Assembly (NCBI GenBank): GCA_036834225.1
Contig: DAITOH010000002.1
Coordinates: 1 to 37,154, forward strand
Reading direction: 5' to 3'
Source: Thiobacillaceae bacterium
Lineage (GTDB): Bacteria > Pseudomonadota > Gammaproteobacteria > Burkholderiales > Thiobacillaceae
Length of the DNA stretch: 37,154 nucleotides
Part shown: in pieces, positions 8,842-18,680 of the stretch
How the letters are laid out: every line of letters begins with the position of its first letter
Numbering within the stretch: position 1 is the first letter of the stretch
Made by a program: the position numbers and the translations under genes
Notes under the pieces: model-generated
Databases searched by the model: none
What the model was told of the DNA's origin: nothing
Seen by the model: the letters and a program-made list of their open reading frames with translations, nothing else

Positions 8842-10166
8842 ACACGGAACATCTCGATCTGCCTCCAGCTCACGGTGCTCGTGGCAGCGTGCGTCTGCCC
8901 GGCTCCAAGAGCATCTCCAACCGCATCCTGCTGCTGTCCGCGCTGGCTCAGGGGTCGACCGAGGTCGAGGCCCTGCTCGAATCGGACGACACCCGTGTGA
9001 TGCTGGAGGCCCTCAGTCGACTGGGTGTGCGATGGGAGCGCCATCCGGGCACAGACGACTATCGGGTCGAAGGCGTAGGCGGGGCTTTCCCGGTCAAGCG
9101 CGCTGCGCTCTTCCTGGGCAATGCCGGCACCGCCTTTCGCAGCCTGACCGCCGCCACCGCCCTTGCCGGCGGCCACTACACCCTGACCGGGGTGCCGCGC
9201 ATGCACGAGCGCCCGATCGGCGACCTGGTCGACGCCCTGCGGCAACTGGGTGCGCAGATCCGCTATCTGGACAAGCCGGGTTTCCCGCCCCTGGAGATCT
9301 CTCCCCCCGCGCGCCCCGATGGCGGATTGAGGGGGGGGGAGCCCCTGACGGTCAACGTCAGGGGCAATGTCTCCAGCCAGTATCTTACCGGTCTGCTGCT
9401 CTCCGCGCCCTTGCTGTCCGGGCCTATGACGGTGCGGGTGGATGGCGAGCTCATCTCCAAGCCCTATGTGGAGATCACCCTCAACCTCATGCGCCGCTTC
9501 GGCATCGTGGTCGAGCGGCAGGACTGGGCGAGCTTCACCGTGCCTGCGGCCGCCTATGTCAGCCCCGGCCGCATCCGCGTCGAAGGCGACGCCTCCTCAG
9601 CCTCTTATTTTCTCGCTGCGGGCGCCCTCGGCGGTGGTCCCGTCCGTGTGCAGGGGGTGGGCCGGGACAGCATCCAAGGCGACGTCCGCTTCGCCGAAGC
9701 CCTGGCGACGATGGGGGCCCGCATCGCCATGGGCGGTGACTGGATCGAGGCCGCGGCGCCGGCGGTGGGGCGGCTCAAGGCCCTGGACCTGGACTGCAAC
9801 CACATCCCCGACGCGGCCATGACCCTCGCTGTGGCCGCCCTGTTCGCGGAGGGGACGACCACGCTGCGCAACATCGCCAGTTGGCGGGTCAAGGAGACCG
9901 ACCGCATCGCCGCTATGGCCACCGAGCTCAGAAAGCTAGGTGCGACGGTGGAGGAGGGGGCGGACCATCTGCGCATCACCCCGCCTCACCCTGCTGCGCT
10001 TACCCCTCACGCCACCATCGACACCTACGACGACCACCGCATGGCGATGTGTTTTTCCCTGATCTGTCTGGGTGGTGTGCCCATCCGCATCAACGATCCG
10101 AGGTGCGTAAACAAGACCTTCCCAGGCTATTGGGAGGCTTTTGCCGGCATCCTGCAACAGGGTTGA
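8838..10166 (+). CDS. aroA: 3-phosphoshikimate 1-carboxyvinyltransferase (EPSP synthase)
   Basis: Motifs [28 protein letters not shown] and DHRMAM are present. The GTG start overlaps the tyrA TGA. Confidence 0.95.
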   Translation: MNTEHLDLPPAHGARGSVRLPGSKSISNRILLLSALAQGSTEVEALLESDDTRVMLEALSRLGVRWERHPGTDDYRVEGVGGAFPVKRAALFLGNAGTAFRSLTAATALAGGHYTLTGVPRMHERPIGDLVDALRQLGAQIRYLDKPGFPPLEISPPARPDGGLRGGEPLTVNVRGNVSSQYLTGLLLSAPLLSGPMTVRVDGELISKPYVEITLNLMRRFGIVVERQDWASFTVPAAAYVSPGRIRVEGDASSASYFLAAGALGGGPVRVQGVGRDSIQGDVRFAEALATMGARIAMGGDWIEAAAPAVGRLKALDLDCNHIPDAAMTLAVAALFAEGTTTLRNIASWRVKETDRIAAMATELRKLGATVEEGADHLRITPPHPAALTPHATIDTYDDHRMAMCFSLICLGGVPIRINDPRCVNKTFPGYWEAFAGILQQG

Positions 10167-10200
10167 CACGTTCTGATGTCCTGAACTGGATGATGTCCTC

Positions 10201-10899
10201 ATGATGTCTTCCCCCTCACCCCTCACCCCGCACGGCCCGTCGGCCGTTCCTGTGATCGCCATCGACGGCCCTTCCGCCTCCGGCAAGGGTACGGTCGCAG
10301 CCTTAGTGGCCAAGGCCCTGGGCTTTCACTACTTGGACAGCGGCGCGATCTACCGTGCGGTTGCACATGCGGCACGGTGCCGGGGCGTACCTCTGGACGA
10401 CGAGCCGGCGTTGATCAGGCTCGCAGAAACCCTCGATCTGCGCTTCGACGGGGGTGAAGTCTATCTCGATGGCATCCCGGCCGGAGACGCCATACGCAGT
10501 GAGGAGACTGGCTTAGCCGCGTCGCAGATCGCGACCCTGCCCGGCTTGCGCACGGCGTTGCTCGCGCTGCAACGCGCATTCCGCCGGCCGCCCGGCTTGG
10601 TCACGGATGGGCGGGACATGGGCTCGGTGGTCTTTCCCGACGCTAAGGTTAAGGTCTTCCTTAGCGCCAGCGTCGAGGAACGGGCCAGAAGACGCTATAA
10701 GCAGTTGATCGAAAAAGGTTTGGATGCTAGTCTTTTGCAGATTCAGCAGGACTTGCGTGACAGGGACGCGCGGGATGCCGCCCGGACCGCCGCACCCCTG
10801 CAGAGGACGGCTGATGCCAGGATGCTCGACACCACAGGCATGACCATAGACGAGGCGGTGCACACCGTCTTGCGGTGGTACGGCCACAGCCAGTCCTGA
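10201..10899 (+). CDS. cmk: cytidylate kinase
   Basis: P-loop [13 protein letters not shown] and the YLDSGAIYR motif are present. The position upstream of rpsA is conserved. Confidence 0.93.
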   Translation: MMSSPSPLTPHGPSAVPVIAIDGPSASGKGTVAALVAKALGFHYLDSGAIYRAVAHAARCRGVPLDDEPALIRLAETLDLRFDGGEVYLDGIPAGDAIRSEETGLAASQIATLPGLRTALLALQRAFRRPPGLVTDGRDMGSVVFPDAKVKVFLSASVEERARRRYKQLIEKGLDASLLQIQQDLRDRDARDAARTAAPLQRTADARMLDTTGMTIDEAVHTVLRWYGHSQS

Positions 10900-10904
10900 C
10901 CAGC

Positions 10905-10946
10905 TCCGAAGGGATCGGGGATATCCAGACCTTCGGTTTTTTGTTT
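10905..10946 (+). terminator. intrinsic terminator/attenuator between cmk and rpsA
   Basis: Stem ccgaagg (10906-10912) pairs with ccttcgg (10930-10936) around a 17-nt loop, followed directly by ttttttgtttt. Confidence 0.6.
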
Positions 10947-10993
10947 TATCAACCGAGCCGAACCCTATCCGGACTCAAACACCAGGTTCTTTC

Positions 10994-12709
10994 ATGTCAA
11001 CTGCTACCGCTACCCCCAGTTCAACCAGCACCGAGAGTTTCGCCGCCCTGTTCGAAGAGAGCATCGCCCGTCAGGAGATGCGCACGGGTGAGATCATCAC
11101 CGCAGAGGTGGTGGCCATCGACGACAACTTCGTCACCGTCAACGCCGGCCTCAAGTCGGAGAGCTTGATCCCGGTCGAGGAATTCAAGAACGACCGCGGC
11201 GAGGTCGAGGTTCAGGTCGGGGACTTCGTCTCTGTGGCCATCGAGGCCTTGGAGGATGGTTATGGCACCACCCAGCTCTCCCGCGACCGGGCCCGCCGTC
11301 TTGCGGCCTGGCTCGATCTGGAGGCGGCCATGGAAGAAGGCCGTGTGGTCAAGGGAGTGATCCAGGGCAAGGTGAAGGGCGGGCTTACGGTCATGTGTAA
11401 CGGCATCCGCGCCTTCCTGCCCGGATCTCTGGTGGACGTGCGCCCGGTCAAGGACACCACCCCCTACGAGGGCAAGGAAGCCGAGTTCAAGGTCATCAAG
11501 CTCGACCGCAAGCGCAACAACGTGGTGGTCTCCCGCAAGGCCGTGCTCGAGGCCAGCATGGGTGCCGAGCGTGAGGCCCTGCTGGCGAGCCTGAAGGAAG
11601 GCGCCATCGTCAAGGGCATCGTCAAGAACATCACCGACTACGGTGCCTTCGTGGACCTGGGCGGCATCGACGGTCTGCTGCACATCACCGACTTAGCCTG
11701 GCGGCGGGTGAAGCATCCGAGTGAGGTCATCAGCGTGGGCGACGAGGTCACGGCGATGGTCCTCAAGTTCGACCAGGAAAAGAACCGCGTCTCCCTGGGA
11801 CTCAAACAGCTCGGCGAGGACCCCTGGACCGGCATCGCCCGACGCTATCCGCAGGGCACCCGCATGTTCGGCAAGGTGGCCAACCTGACCGACTACGGAG
11901 CGTTCGTCGAGATCGAGCCGGGCATCGAGGGCCTGGTGCACGTGTCCGAAATGGACTGGACCAACAAGAACGTCAACCCCTACAAGGTCGTGCAGCTGGG
12001 TGACGAGGTGGAGGTCATGGTGCTGGAGATCGACGAGGACCGCCGCCGCATCTCCCTGGGCATGAAGCAGTGCAAGCCCAACCCCTGGGAAGATTTCGCC
12101 ATGAGCTTCAGGAAGGGCGACAAGGTCAGCGGCCAGATCAAGTCCATCACCGACTTCGGTATCTTCATCGGGCTTCCGGGCGGCATCGACGGCCTCGTGC
12201 ATCTGTCCGATCTGTCCTGGAGCAAGCCGGGCGAGGAGGCCCTGCGTGACTTCAAGAAGGGCGATACAGTTGAGGCCGTCGTGTTGGCCATCGATGTCGA
12301 GAAGGAGCGCATCTCCCTGGGCATCAAGCAGTTGGAGGGCGATCCCTTCAACAGCTACATCGCCACACATGACAAGGGCAGCCTGGTCACCGGCACGGTC
12401 AAGTCCCTGGACGCCAAGGGTGCCGTCATCCAGCTCACGGAGGATGTAGATGGCTATCTGCGTGCCTCCGAGGTCTCGCGCGATCGCGTCGAGGACATCC
12501 GCACCCACCTTAAGGAGGGGGACAAGGTCGAGGCGATGATCATCAACATCGATCGCAAGAACCGCCAGATCAACCTCTCCATCAAGGCCAAGGATACCGC
12601 TGACCAAGCCAGCGTCCTGCAGAAGATGGCGGCCGAACGGTCGACCGGCACGACCAATCTGGGGGCCCTGCTGAAGGCCAAGCTCGACAACAAGAGTGCC
12701 GAGTCCTGA
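10994..12709 (+). CDS. rpsA: 30S ribosomal protein S1
   Basis: The 571-aa protein has six S1 repeats (e.g. [30 protein letters not shown] segments). It lies in the conserved cmk-rpsA-ihfB order. Confidence 0.97.
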   Translation: MSTATATPSSTSTESFAALFEESIARQEMRTGEIITAEVVAIDDNFVTVNAGLKSESLIPVEEFKNDRGEVEVQVGDFVSVAIEALEDGYGTTQLSRDRARRLAAWLDLEAAMEEGRVVKGVIQGKVKGGLTVMCNGIRAFLPGSLVDVRPVKDTTPYEGKEAEFKVIKLDRKRNNVVVSRKAVLEASMGAEREALLASLKEGAIVKGIVKNITDYGAFVDLGGIDGLLHITDLAWRRVKHPSEVISVGDEVTAMVLKFDQEKNRVSLGLKQLGEDPWTGIARRYPQGTRMFGKVANLTDYGAFVEIEPGIEGLVHVSEMDWTNKNVNPYKVVQLGDEVEVMVLEIDEDRRRISLGMKQCKPNPWEDFAMSFRKGDKVSGQIKSITDFGIFIGLPGGIDGLVHLSDLSWSKPGEEALRDFKKGDTVEAVVLAIDVEKERISLGIKQLEGDPFNSYIATHDKGSLVTGTVKSLDAKGAVIQLTEDVDGYLRASEVSRDRVEDIRTHLKEGDKVEAMIINIDRKNRQINLSIKAKDTADQASVLQKMAAERSTGTTNLGALLKAKLDNKSAES

Positions 12710-12721
12710 CCAGGAGGGGCG

Positions 12722-13012
12722 ATGACCAAGTCGGAGTTGATCGCCCGGCTGGCGGCGCGCCATCCCCATCTGGTCGCGGCCGATGCCGAGCTGGCGGTCA
12801 AGACCATCCTAGACGCCATGACCCAGAGCTTAGTCGAGGGCAAGCGCATCGAGATCCGGGGGTTCGGCAGCTTCAGCCTGAACTTCCGGCCGCCGCGCAT
12901 TGGACGCAACCCCAAGACCGGCGAGAAGGTCTACGTGGCGGGCAAGTATGTCCCCCACTTCAAGGCCGGCAAGGAACTGCGCGACCGGGTGGACGGCAAG
13001 GCATCGGGCTGA
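12722..13012 (+). CDS. ihfB: integration host factor subunit beta
   Basis: [23 protein letters not shown] and [12 protein letters not shown] are present. AGGAGG lies upstream of the start. Confidence 0.95.
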   Translation: MTKSELIARLAARHPHLVAADAELAVKTILDAMTQSLVEGKRIEIRGFGSFSLNFRPPRIGRNPKTGEKVYVAGKYVPHFKAGKELRDRVDGKASG

Positions 13013-13040
13013 TGGCACCCGATGCGGGACTATACGCAAT

Positions 13041-13071
13041 CGGCACCCGCTTTAGGTGCCGATCGCTTTTT
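13041..13071 (+). terminator. Rho-independent terminator after ihfB
   Basis: Stem cggcacc (13041-13047) pairs with ggtgccg (13055-13061) around a 7-nt loop, followed by atcgcttttt. Confidence 0.75.
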
Positions 13072-13152
13072 GAGGCCGACTTCGGCATATATCCGCACGA
13101 GCGCTTTCGTTGCAAGGGGTCCGACCCGGCCCGGGACGGCCGCTAGCGATCG

Positions 13153-14313
13153 ATGGAACTCGAAGCCTGGCATCTCCTGGTCCTGCCGCTGTTCTTCGCC
13201 TTGGGCTGGATGGCGGCGCGGGTGGACATCCGGCATGTCATGCGCGAGTCGCGGGCCGTTCCGGCCTCCTATTTCAAGGGACTCAACTATCTGCTCAACG
13301 AGCAGCCGGACAAGGCCATCGAGGCCTTCGTCGAGATCGCTCGCCTCGACCCCGACACCCTGGAGCTGCACTACGCCCTCGGCGCCCTGTTTCGCAGACG
13401 GGGTGAGCTGGATCGGGCCATCCGCATCCACCAGAATCTGGTCGATCGCAGTGACCTCAATCAGCAGCAGCGCCTGAAGGCCCTGTATGAACTGGGTCAG
13501 GACTTTTTCAAGGCAGGACTGCTAGACCGTGCCGAGGAGATCTTCAAGTCGCTGGAAACCGGTGTCTATGCCCTGGATGCGCTAAGCCACCTGCTGGACA
13601 TCTACGTGCTGGAGAAGGACTGGGAACGGGCCATCACCACGGCACGCCGGTTGGAGAAGTTGGGCTGCCCTTCCCGGCATGCCGACATCGCCCACTATCA
13701 CTGCGAGCTCGCCCTGGATGCCATGTTGCGCAAGGACCTGACGGCCGCTGCAGAACAGCTCAAGCTAGCCCGCGAGGCCAACCGCAAGTCAGCCCGTGCC
13801 ATCCTGCTGCAGGGAGATCTGCAGGCCCTGCAGGATCAGCCCGAGAGGGCGATTGCCGCCTGGCGTGAGATGGAGTCGGTCAACCCCGCCTATCTGCCCA
13901 TCGTAAGCGAACGGCTCTACAAGGTGCATAAACAGCTAGGCCGCGCCGCTGCTTGCATCGAGCTGCTCAAGGCCTATCTCGTCCGACAGCCCAGTGCCGA
14001 CCTGTTCCATATCCTGTTTTATGCCGTGCAGGAGACGCAGGGCTGGGAGGCGGCAACGCGCCTTGCCGGGGAGGAACTCCGGCGCAATCCCGGCCTGCGC
14101 ATCCTCGACGACTATCTCCAAGCCCGCAATGCCGCGATAGGCGACGCCGACATCGAAGCGCGCTTAGCCCAGGACCTGGTGCACAAGCAGGCCAGCCGCC
14201 TGGCCTATTACCAGTGCCGGGAATGCGGTTTCAAGGCGCGGCAGTTCTTCTGGCAGTGCCCGGCCTGCGCCCGCTGGGAGAGCATCCCGCCAGAGCGGAT
14301 CGATCATGACTGA
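13153..14313 (+). CDS. lapB: lipopolysaccharide assembly protein B (TPR plus rubredoxin-like zinc finger)
   Basis: An N-terminal TM anchor ([17 protein letters not shown]) is followed by TPR-like repeats and a C-terminal motif [18 protein letters not shown]. The position ihfB-lapB-pyrF is conserved. Confidence 0.9.
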   Translation: MELEAWHLLVLPLFFALGWMAARVDIRHVMRESRAVPASYFKGLNYLLNEQPDKAIEAFVEIARLDPDTLELHYALGALFRRRGELDRAIRIHQNLVDRSDLNQQQRLKALYELGQDFFKAGLLDRAEEIFKSLETGVYALDALSHLLDIYVLEKDWERAITTARRLEKLGCPSRHADIAHYHCELALDAMLRKDLTAAAEQLKLAREANRKSARAILLQGDLQALQDQPERAIAAWREMESVNPAYLPIVSERLYKVHKQLGRAAACIELLKAYLVRQPSADLFHILFYAVQETQGWEAATRLAGEELRRNPGLRILDDYLQARNAAIGDADIEARLAQDLVHKQASRLAYYQCRECGFKARQFFWQCPACARWESIPPERIDHD

Positions 14314-15019
14314 GTCCCGCATCATCGTGGCCCTGGATTACCCCGAGGCGGCACCTGCCCTGGCCCTGGCCGAGCGCCTTGACCCGGCCCTGTGCAGGCT
14401 GAAGGTGGGTAAGGAGCTGTTCGTCTCGGCCGGACCGCGGCTTGTGGAGGAACTGGTCGACCGGGGTTACCAGGTCTTCCTCGATCTCAAGTTCCACGAC
14501 ATCCCGAATACCGTCGCCCAGGCCTGCGCGGCCGCCGCCCGCCTGGGGGTGTGGATGCTGAACGTCCACGCCAGCGGCGGATCGACCATGATGCGCGCGG
14601 CACGGGAGGCCTTGGAGGCCATGCATCCCCGCCCGCGCCTGATCGCGGTGACGGTGCTCACCAGTCTCTCGCGGCCCGACCTGGCCGAGATCGGTCTGGA
14701 CCTGCCGCCTGAGGAGCAGGTCATGCGCCTTGCGCGTCTGACTCATGAGGCCGGCTTAGATGGTGTAGTCTGTTCGGCGCGGGAAGCGGAGCGTCTGCGC
14801 CAAAAGTTGGGCTCGGACTTTCTCCTGGTCACCCCCGGCATCCGTCCCGCCGGCGGCGCGGGGGACGATCAGCAGCGCGTCCTGACGCCCATTCAAGCCC
14901 TGCGTGCCGGTGCCGATTATCTGGTCGTGGGCCGACCCATCACCCGCGCCCCCGATCCCGTCGCGGCTTTGCAAAGCATGCGTGATGAAATAACGACTTT
15001 TCTCGGAGAACAAGCATGA
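14306..15019 (+). CDS. pyrF: orotidine 5'-phosphate decarboxylase
   Basis: Motifs [14 protein letters not shown] and [10 protein letters not shown] are present. The gene overlaps lapB by 8 nt. Confidence 0.95.
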   Translation: MTESRIIVALDYPEAAPALALAERLDPALCRLKVGKELFVSAGPRLVEELVDRGYQVFLDLKFHDIPNTVAQACAAAARLGVWMLNVHASGGSTMMRAAREALEAMHPRPRLIAVTVLTSLSRPDLAEIGLDLPPEEQVMRLARLTHEAGLDGVVCSAREAERLRQKLGSDFLLVTPGIRPAGGAGDDQQRVLTPIQALRAGADYLVVGRPITRAPDPVAALQSMRDEITTFLGEQA

Positions 15020-16347
15020 AAGTGACCGTCATCGGTACCGGCTATGTGGGGCTGGTCACCGGCACCTGTTTAGCCGAAGTGGGTAACGAGGTGATGTGCC
15101 TGGACGTGGATCCACGCAAGATCGACATCCTTCGGTCCGGCGGCATCCCCATCTACGAGCCGGGTCTAGAGGACATGGTCAAGCGCAATGTCGCGGCTGG
15201 GCGGCTATTCTTTACCACCGACGTGGAGGAGTCCGTGCACTTCGGCGACATCCAGTTTATCGCCGTCGGCACGCCGCCGGACGAGGATGGCTCCGCTGAC
15301 CTGCAATACGTCGTCGCCGCGGCGCGCAATATCGCGCGCCACATGACCGGCTTCAAGCTGGTCGTGAACAAGTCCACCGTACCGGTGGGCACCGCCGACC
15401 GCGTCAAGGCTGTGATCCGTGAGGAGCTTAATCGACGCGGCGTGACGATCGATTTCTGTGTCGCCTCCAACCCCGAATTCCTCAAGGAGGGGGCGGCGGT
15501 GGATGATTTCATGAAACCCGACCGCATCATCATCGGCACCGAGAGCGAACGCGCCACCCAGATACTGCGCCAGCTCTACGCCCCGTTTCAGCGCAACCGC
15601 GACCGGCTGGTGGTGATGGATATCCGCTCGGCCGAGCTAACCAAATATGCCGCCAACGCCATGCTGGCCACCCGCATCTCCTTCATGAACGAGCTGGCCA
15701 TCCTGGCCGAGAAACTGGGCGCCGACATCGAGCAGGTCCGCCACGGCATCGGCTCCGATCCGCGTATCGGCTATCACTTCCTGTATGCTGGTTGCGGTTA
15801 CGGCGGCTCGTGCCTTCCCAAAGACGTCCAGGCCTTGCGGCGCACCGCCCAGGAAAACGGCGTCCCACTGCGGATTCTGGATGCAGTGGAGCAGGCCAAC
15901 GACCACCAGAAACAGGTCCTGCTGCGCAAGCTCACCGCCCGCTTCGGCGAGGACCTCAGGGGTAGGCGTTTCGGTCTTTGGGGCCTGGCCTTTAAGCCCA
16001 ACACCGACGACATGCGCGAGGCCCCCAGCCGCACCCTGCTGCAGGGCCTGTGGGAACGCGGCGCCGCGGTGTCGGCCTACGACCCGGCAGCGATGGAGGA
16101 GGCGCGGCGCATCTTCGGCGAGCGCGCCGACCTGCAACTGGTGGACAGCCCCATGGACGCCCTCAAGGGCGCCGATGCCCTGATCATCGTCACCGAATGG
16201 AAGGTCTTCCGCAGTCCCAATTTCGAGACCATGAAGGCCTTGCTGAAGGCCCCGGTCATCTTTGATGGCCGCAATCTCTTCGACCCCAGGATGATGCGCG
16301 CGGCCGGCTATGAATACTTCCCCATCGGCAGGCTGGTTCCGGCATGA
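15016..16347 (+). CDS. ugd: UDP-glucose 6-dehydrogenase
   Basis: [16 protein letters not shown] (NAD fold) and GGSCLPKD (catalytic Cys) are present. ATGA overlap with pyrF. Confidence 0.93.
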   Translation: MKVTVIGTGYVGLVTGTCLAEVGNEVMCLDVDPRKIDILRSGGIPIYEPGLEDMVKRNVAAGRLFFTTDVEESVHFGDIQFIAVGTPPDEDGSADLQYVVAAARNIARHMTGFKLVVNKSTVPVGTADRVKAVIREELNRRGVTIDFCVASNPEFLKEGAAVDDFMKPDRIIIGTESERATQILRQLYAPFQRNRDRLVVMDIRSAELTKYAANAMLATRISFMNELAILAEKLGADIEQVRHGIGSDPRIGYHFLYAGCGYGGSCLPKDVQALRRTAQENGVPLRILDAVEQANDHQKQVLLRKLTARFGEDLRGRRFGLWGLAFKPNTDDMREAPSRTLLQGLWERGAAVSAYDPAAMEEARRIFGERADLQLVDSPMDALKGADALIIVTEWKVFRSPNFETMKALLKAPVIFDGRNLFDPRMMRAAGYEYFPIGRLVPA

Positions 16348-16357
16348 GGGTTAAGGT

Positions 16358-17257
16358 GTGACGGGCGCGGCCTACAAGACGATCGCGGATTGCGTCGGCA
16401 ATACCCCCCTGGTGCGCCTCAGGCACATGCCGGGGGAGACCACCAACGTCATCCTCCTTAAGCTGGAGGGCAACAATCCGGCCGGCTCGGTGAAGGACAG
16501 ACCGGCGTTGTCCATGATCACCCGCGCCGAGGCCCGCGGCGAGATCAAGCCCGGCGATACCCTGATCGAGGCTACGTCGGGCAACACCGGCATCGCCCTG
16601 GCCATGGCCGCGGCCATCAGGGGCTATCGCATGATCCTGATCATGCCCGAACATCTGTCGGTCGAACGCCGTCAGGCCATGCGCGCCTACGGCGCCGAAC
16701 TGATACTGGTCAGCCGGGAGGAGGGCATGGAAGGGGCGCGCGACCTGGCCTGGCGCCTGCAGCGGGAGGGCAGGGGACGCGTACTCGACCAGTTCTCGAA
16801 CCCGGACAATCCGCTGGCCCACTACGAGACGACCGGCCCGGAGATCTGGCGCGACACCGCTGGTGGCATCACCCACTTCGTCTCCAGCATGGGGACCACC
16901 GGCACCATCATGGGCTGCTCGCGGTACTTCAAGGAGCGCAACCCCGCCATCCAGGTCATCGGCGTGCAACCCGAGGAAGGGGCCCAGATCCCCGGCATCC
17001 GCAAATGGCCGCCGGAGTACGTGCCCGCCATCTGCGACTACTCCCGAGTGGACCGTATGATCTACGTGAGCCAGACCGATGCGGAGGAGACCGCGCGCCG
17101 GCTTGCCCACGAGGAAGGCATCTTCGCCGGCGTCTCGTCCGGCGGCGCGCTGTGGGCCGCCCTGCAGCTCAGCCGCGAGGTCGAGAACGCAGTCATCGTC
17201 TCCATCGTCTGCGACCGCGGCGACCGCTATCTCTCTACCGGGGTCTTCCCGGCCTGA
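16358..17257 (+). CDS. cysM: cysteine synthase B (O-acetylserine sulfhydrylase B)
   Basis: GNTPLVRL, NPAGSVKDRPA (PLP Lys) and TSGNTGIALA are present. Length and N-terminus are of CysM type. GTG start. Confidence 0.88.
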   Translation: MTGAAYKTIADCVGNTPLVRLRHMPGETTNVILLKLEGNNPAGSVKDRPALSMITRAEARGEIKPGDTLIEATSGNTGIALAMAAAIRGYRMILIMPEHLSVERRQAMRAYGAELILVSREEGMEGARDLAWRLQREGRGRVLDQFSNPDNPLAHYETTGPEIWRDTAGGITHFVSSMGTTGTIMGCSRYFKERNPAIQVIGVQPEEGAQIPGIRKWPPEYVPAICDYSRVDRMIYVSQTDAEETARRLAHEEGIFAGVSSGGALWAALQLSREVENAVIVSIVCDRGDRYLSTGVFPA

Positions 17258-17276
17258 GCCACCGAGCCCTGCAGGG

Positions 17277-17296
17277 GCCGGCCCGAAGGCGCCGGC
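17277..17296. terminator. GC-rich hairpin in the 47-nt convergent cysM/J-protein gap
   Basis: Stem gccggc pairs with gccggc around an 8-nt loop, flanked by ccctg...caggg. There is no U-tract on either strand, so terminator function is speculative. Confidence 0.25.
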
Positions 17297-17304
17297 ACAG
17301 GGCC

Positions 17305-18534
17305 CTATCTGGCCCTGCGCTTCTTGCGCCTTTGCCTTGCAGGGCTTAGGCGGTCCTCCACCTCATCGTCCGTGGCCGCAGATAGGGCGCCGGCAAGGGC
17401 GTTGATTTCCGGTCCGTCCCACATGCCGTCCATTTCTGACAGGATGCATTTGATGGCCGCGTCGCGGCGGGCGGGAGCGGCCAGGTCCTCAGCGAGGACT
17501 TGTACCTCATTGCAGGTGCGCTGCAGCGCCTCCAAGCGTTCTTCGAAGAGTGCATCCAGCTCTGTGTCCTGGGCGGAGGCGAGGAACCAGTCATCCGCGT
17601 CCAGCAGATCCGCGGCGGCCTGGATCAGGCCTTGTTTTTCCTGTTTCAGCGTCTGGATCTGTTCGCGCAGGGACGCGTTGTAGCGTTTGATGCGCGCCTC
17701 GGGCAGTTCACCCAGGGCGTCGGCATCGAGCTGGGCGCATTCCATCTGCAGACGCAGCAGGCCCATGAGGTCGCGTTTTTCGTAAGCGGTGTTGGCCTGT
17801 TGCATGAGGGCCGTTTTACGTTGCCGCTCCTCGGGATCGAGTTCGCGGTCCGGGTGCAGCTGACTGGCCAGCTTGCGGTAGGCCTCGCGCAAGGCGGCAT
17901 CGGCGGCCGCCTTCGCCTCTTCCAGGGCAAGCTCTTTCTTGGTGCGGCGTCGACCCTGCTGTCGGGATGCCTGGTTATCCTCATGTCTGGCCTGGGCGTG
18001 TGCGAACATCGCTGCCACGTCGTCGCCCTCATAGCCTTCCAACGCCTCCTCGCCGAACATCTCGCCGAGCATGCTGCGGGCGAGTTCCCGCTTAAGTTCG
18101 ACCTCCTCCTGCCGACTAAGGCCGAGATGCCGCTCGCGCAAGGCCGCGATTTCAGGGTCTGCGTCGAGATTCAGCATCTCTTCGGTGAGCATACAGATGT
18201 AGGTACTGAGGGTGTCGCGTTTGCGTTTGGACAGGCGCAGTTTGCCTTTGGGCATGCTAAGCAGGGTGTCGATCTGGACGACCAGGTCCCTCTGGGCCTG
18301 TCTCAGCCGTTCAAGCTGGGGCAGCATCTCCGTTTGCAGCCGCTGCCCTAGGCGCGCGATACGCTGCTGCCAAAGCTGTATTTCCTCCTGCAGCGCTTCA
18401 ACCTCGGCGCAGAGGCGGTTGAAGGTGCGCTGCGCTAGGTCGAGCTGCTTGCTGCCGCCGGCGATGCGCACCTGCTGCTTGACTTCCTCCGGCAGGGGGA
18501 GTTGATCGAACAAGCGCCCTTGTTTTCCATTCAT
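17305..18534 (-). CDS. J-domain-containing coiled-coil protein (orphan Hsp70 co-chaperone-like)
   Basis: REAYRKLASQLHPDRELDPEERQRKTALMQQANTAYEKRDLMGLL gives helix II, HPD and helix III. The HPD codons lie at 17856-17848 on the minus strand. I prefer the ATG at 18534 (AAAGGA 9 nt upstream) over the ORF-track TTG at 18564. Confidence 0.7.
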   Translation of the reverse strand: MNGKQGRLFDQLPLPEEVKQQVRIAGGSKQLDLAQRTFNRLCAEVEALQEEIQLWQQRIARLGQRLQTEMLPQLERLRQAQRDLVVQIDTLLSMPKGKLRLSKRKRDTLSTYICMLTEEMLNLDADPEIAALRERHLGLSRQEEVELKRELARSMLGEMFGEEALEGYEGDDVAAMFAHAQARHEDNQASRQQGRRRTKKELALEEAKAAADAALREAYRKLASQLHPDRELDPEERQRKTALMQQANTAYEKRDLMGLLRLQMECAQLDADALGELPEARIKRYNASLREQIQTLKQEKQGLIQAAADLLDADDWFLASAQDTELDALFEERLEALQRTCNEVQVLAEDLAAPARRDAAIKCILSEMDGMWDGPEINALAGALSAATDDEVEDRLSPARQRRKKRRAR

Positions 18535-18680
18535 GTCCATGAATCCTTTCGATGCTATCGCCAACTCGTCCCATACCAGTCTGAGCGAGGCAGGATGGGC
18601 CCCTATTTTCGCTCATGGCCGGCCGCTTGGCCATGACGGGAGCGCTCACATGCCCAGTCAGGCCCACCAGGGCCACTTGT

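Noticed and set aside
9331-9339. Run of 9 G inside aroA, 8 G inside serC (3753-3760) and 7 G at 28083-28089, considered as slipped-strand phase-variation tracts or assembly errors.
   Set aside because: Both coding runs are in frame and encode plausible Gly-rich segments (RGGE, QGGA) of essential biosynthetic genes. Nothing points to switching. Worth noting only as indel-prone sites.
10175-10197. Direct repeat gatgtcct occurring twice between aroA and cmk.
   Set aside because: It is short, only two copies are present, and it overlaps the cmk start region. No structural or regulatory pattern could be supported.
11693-12769. 358-aa ORF antisense to rpsA. Similar long antisense ORFs lie opposite clpA (35581-36789), cysM (16256-17110), fabH (25415-26200) and the J-domain gene (17500-18351).
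   Set aside because: Each lies fully inside a gene with strong motif support on the other strand. The translations are Gly/Asp/His/Val/Leu/Arg-rich with no recognisable motifs. This is the usual stop-poor antisense frame of GC-rich coding DNA.
13013-13152. Looked for lapA (yciS), which usually precedes lapB, including track ORFs 13022-13477 and 13110-13406.
   Set aside because: The gap is only 140 nt and is occupied by the ihfB terminator. The candidate ORFs overlap lapB out of frame and lack TM helices. LapB carries its own N-terminal anchor.
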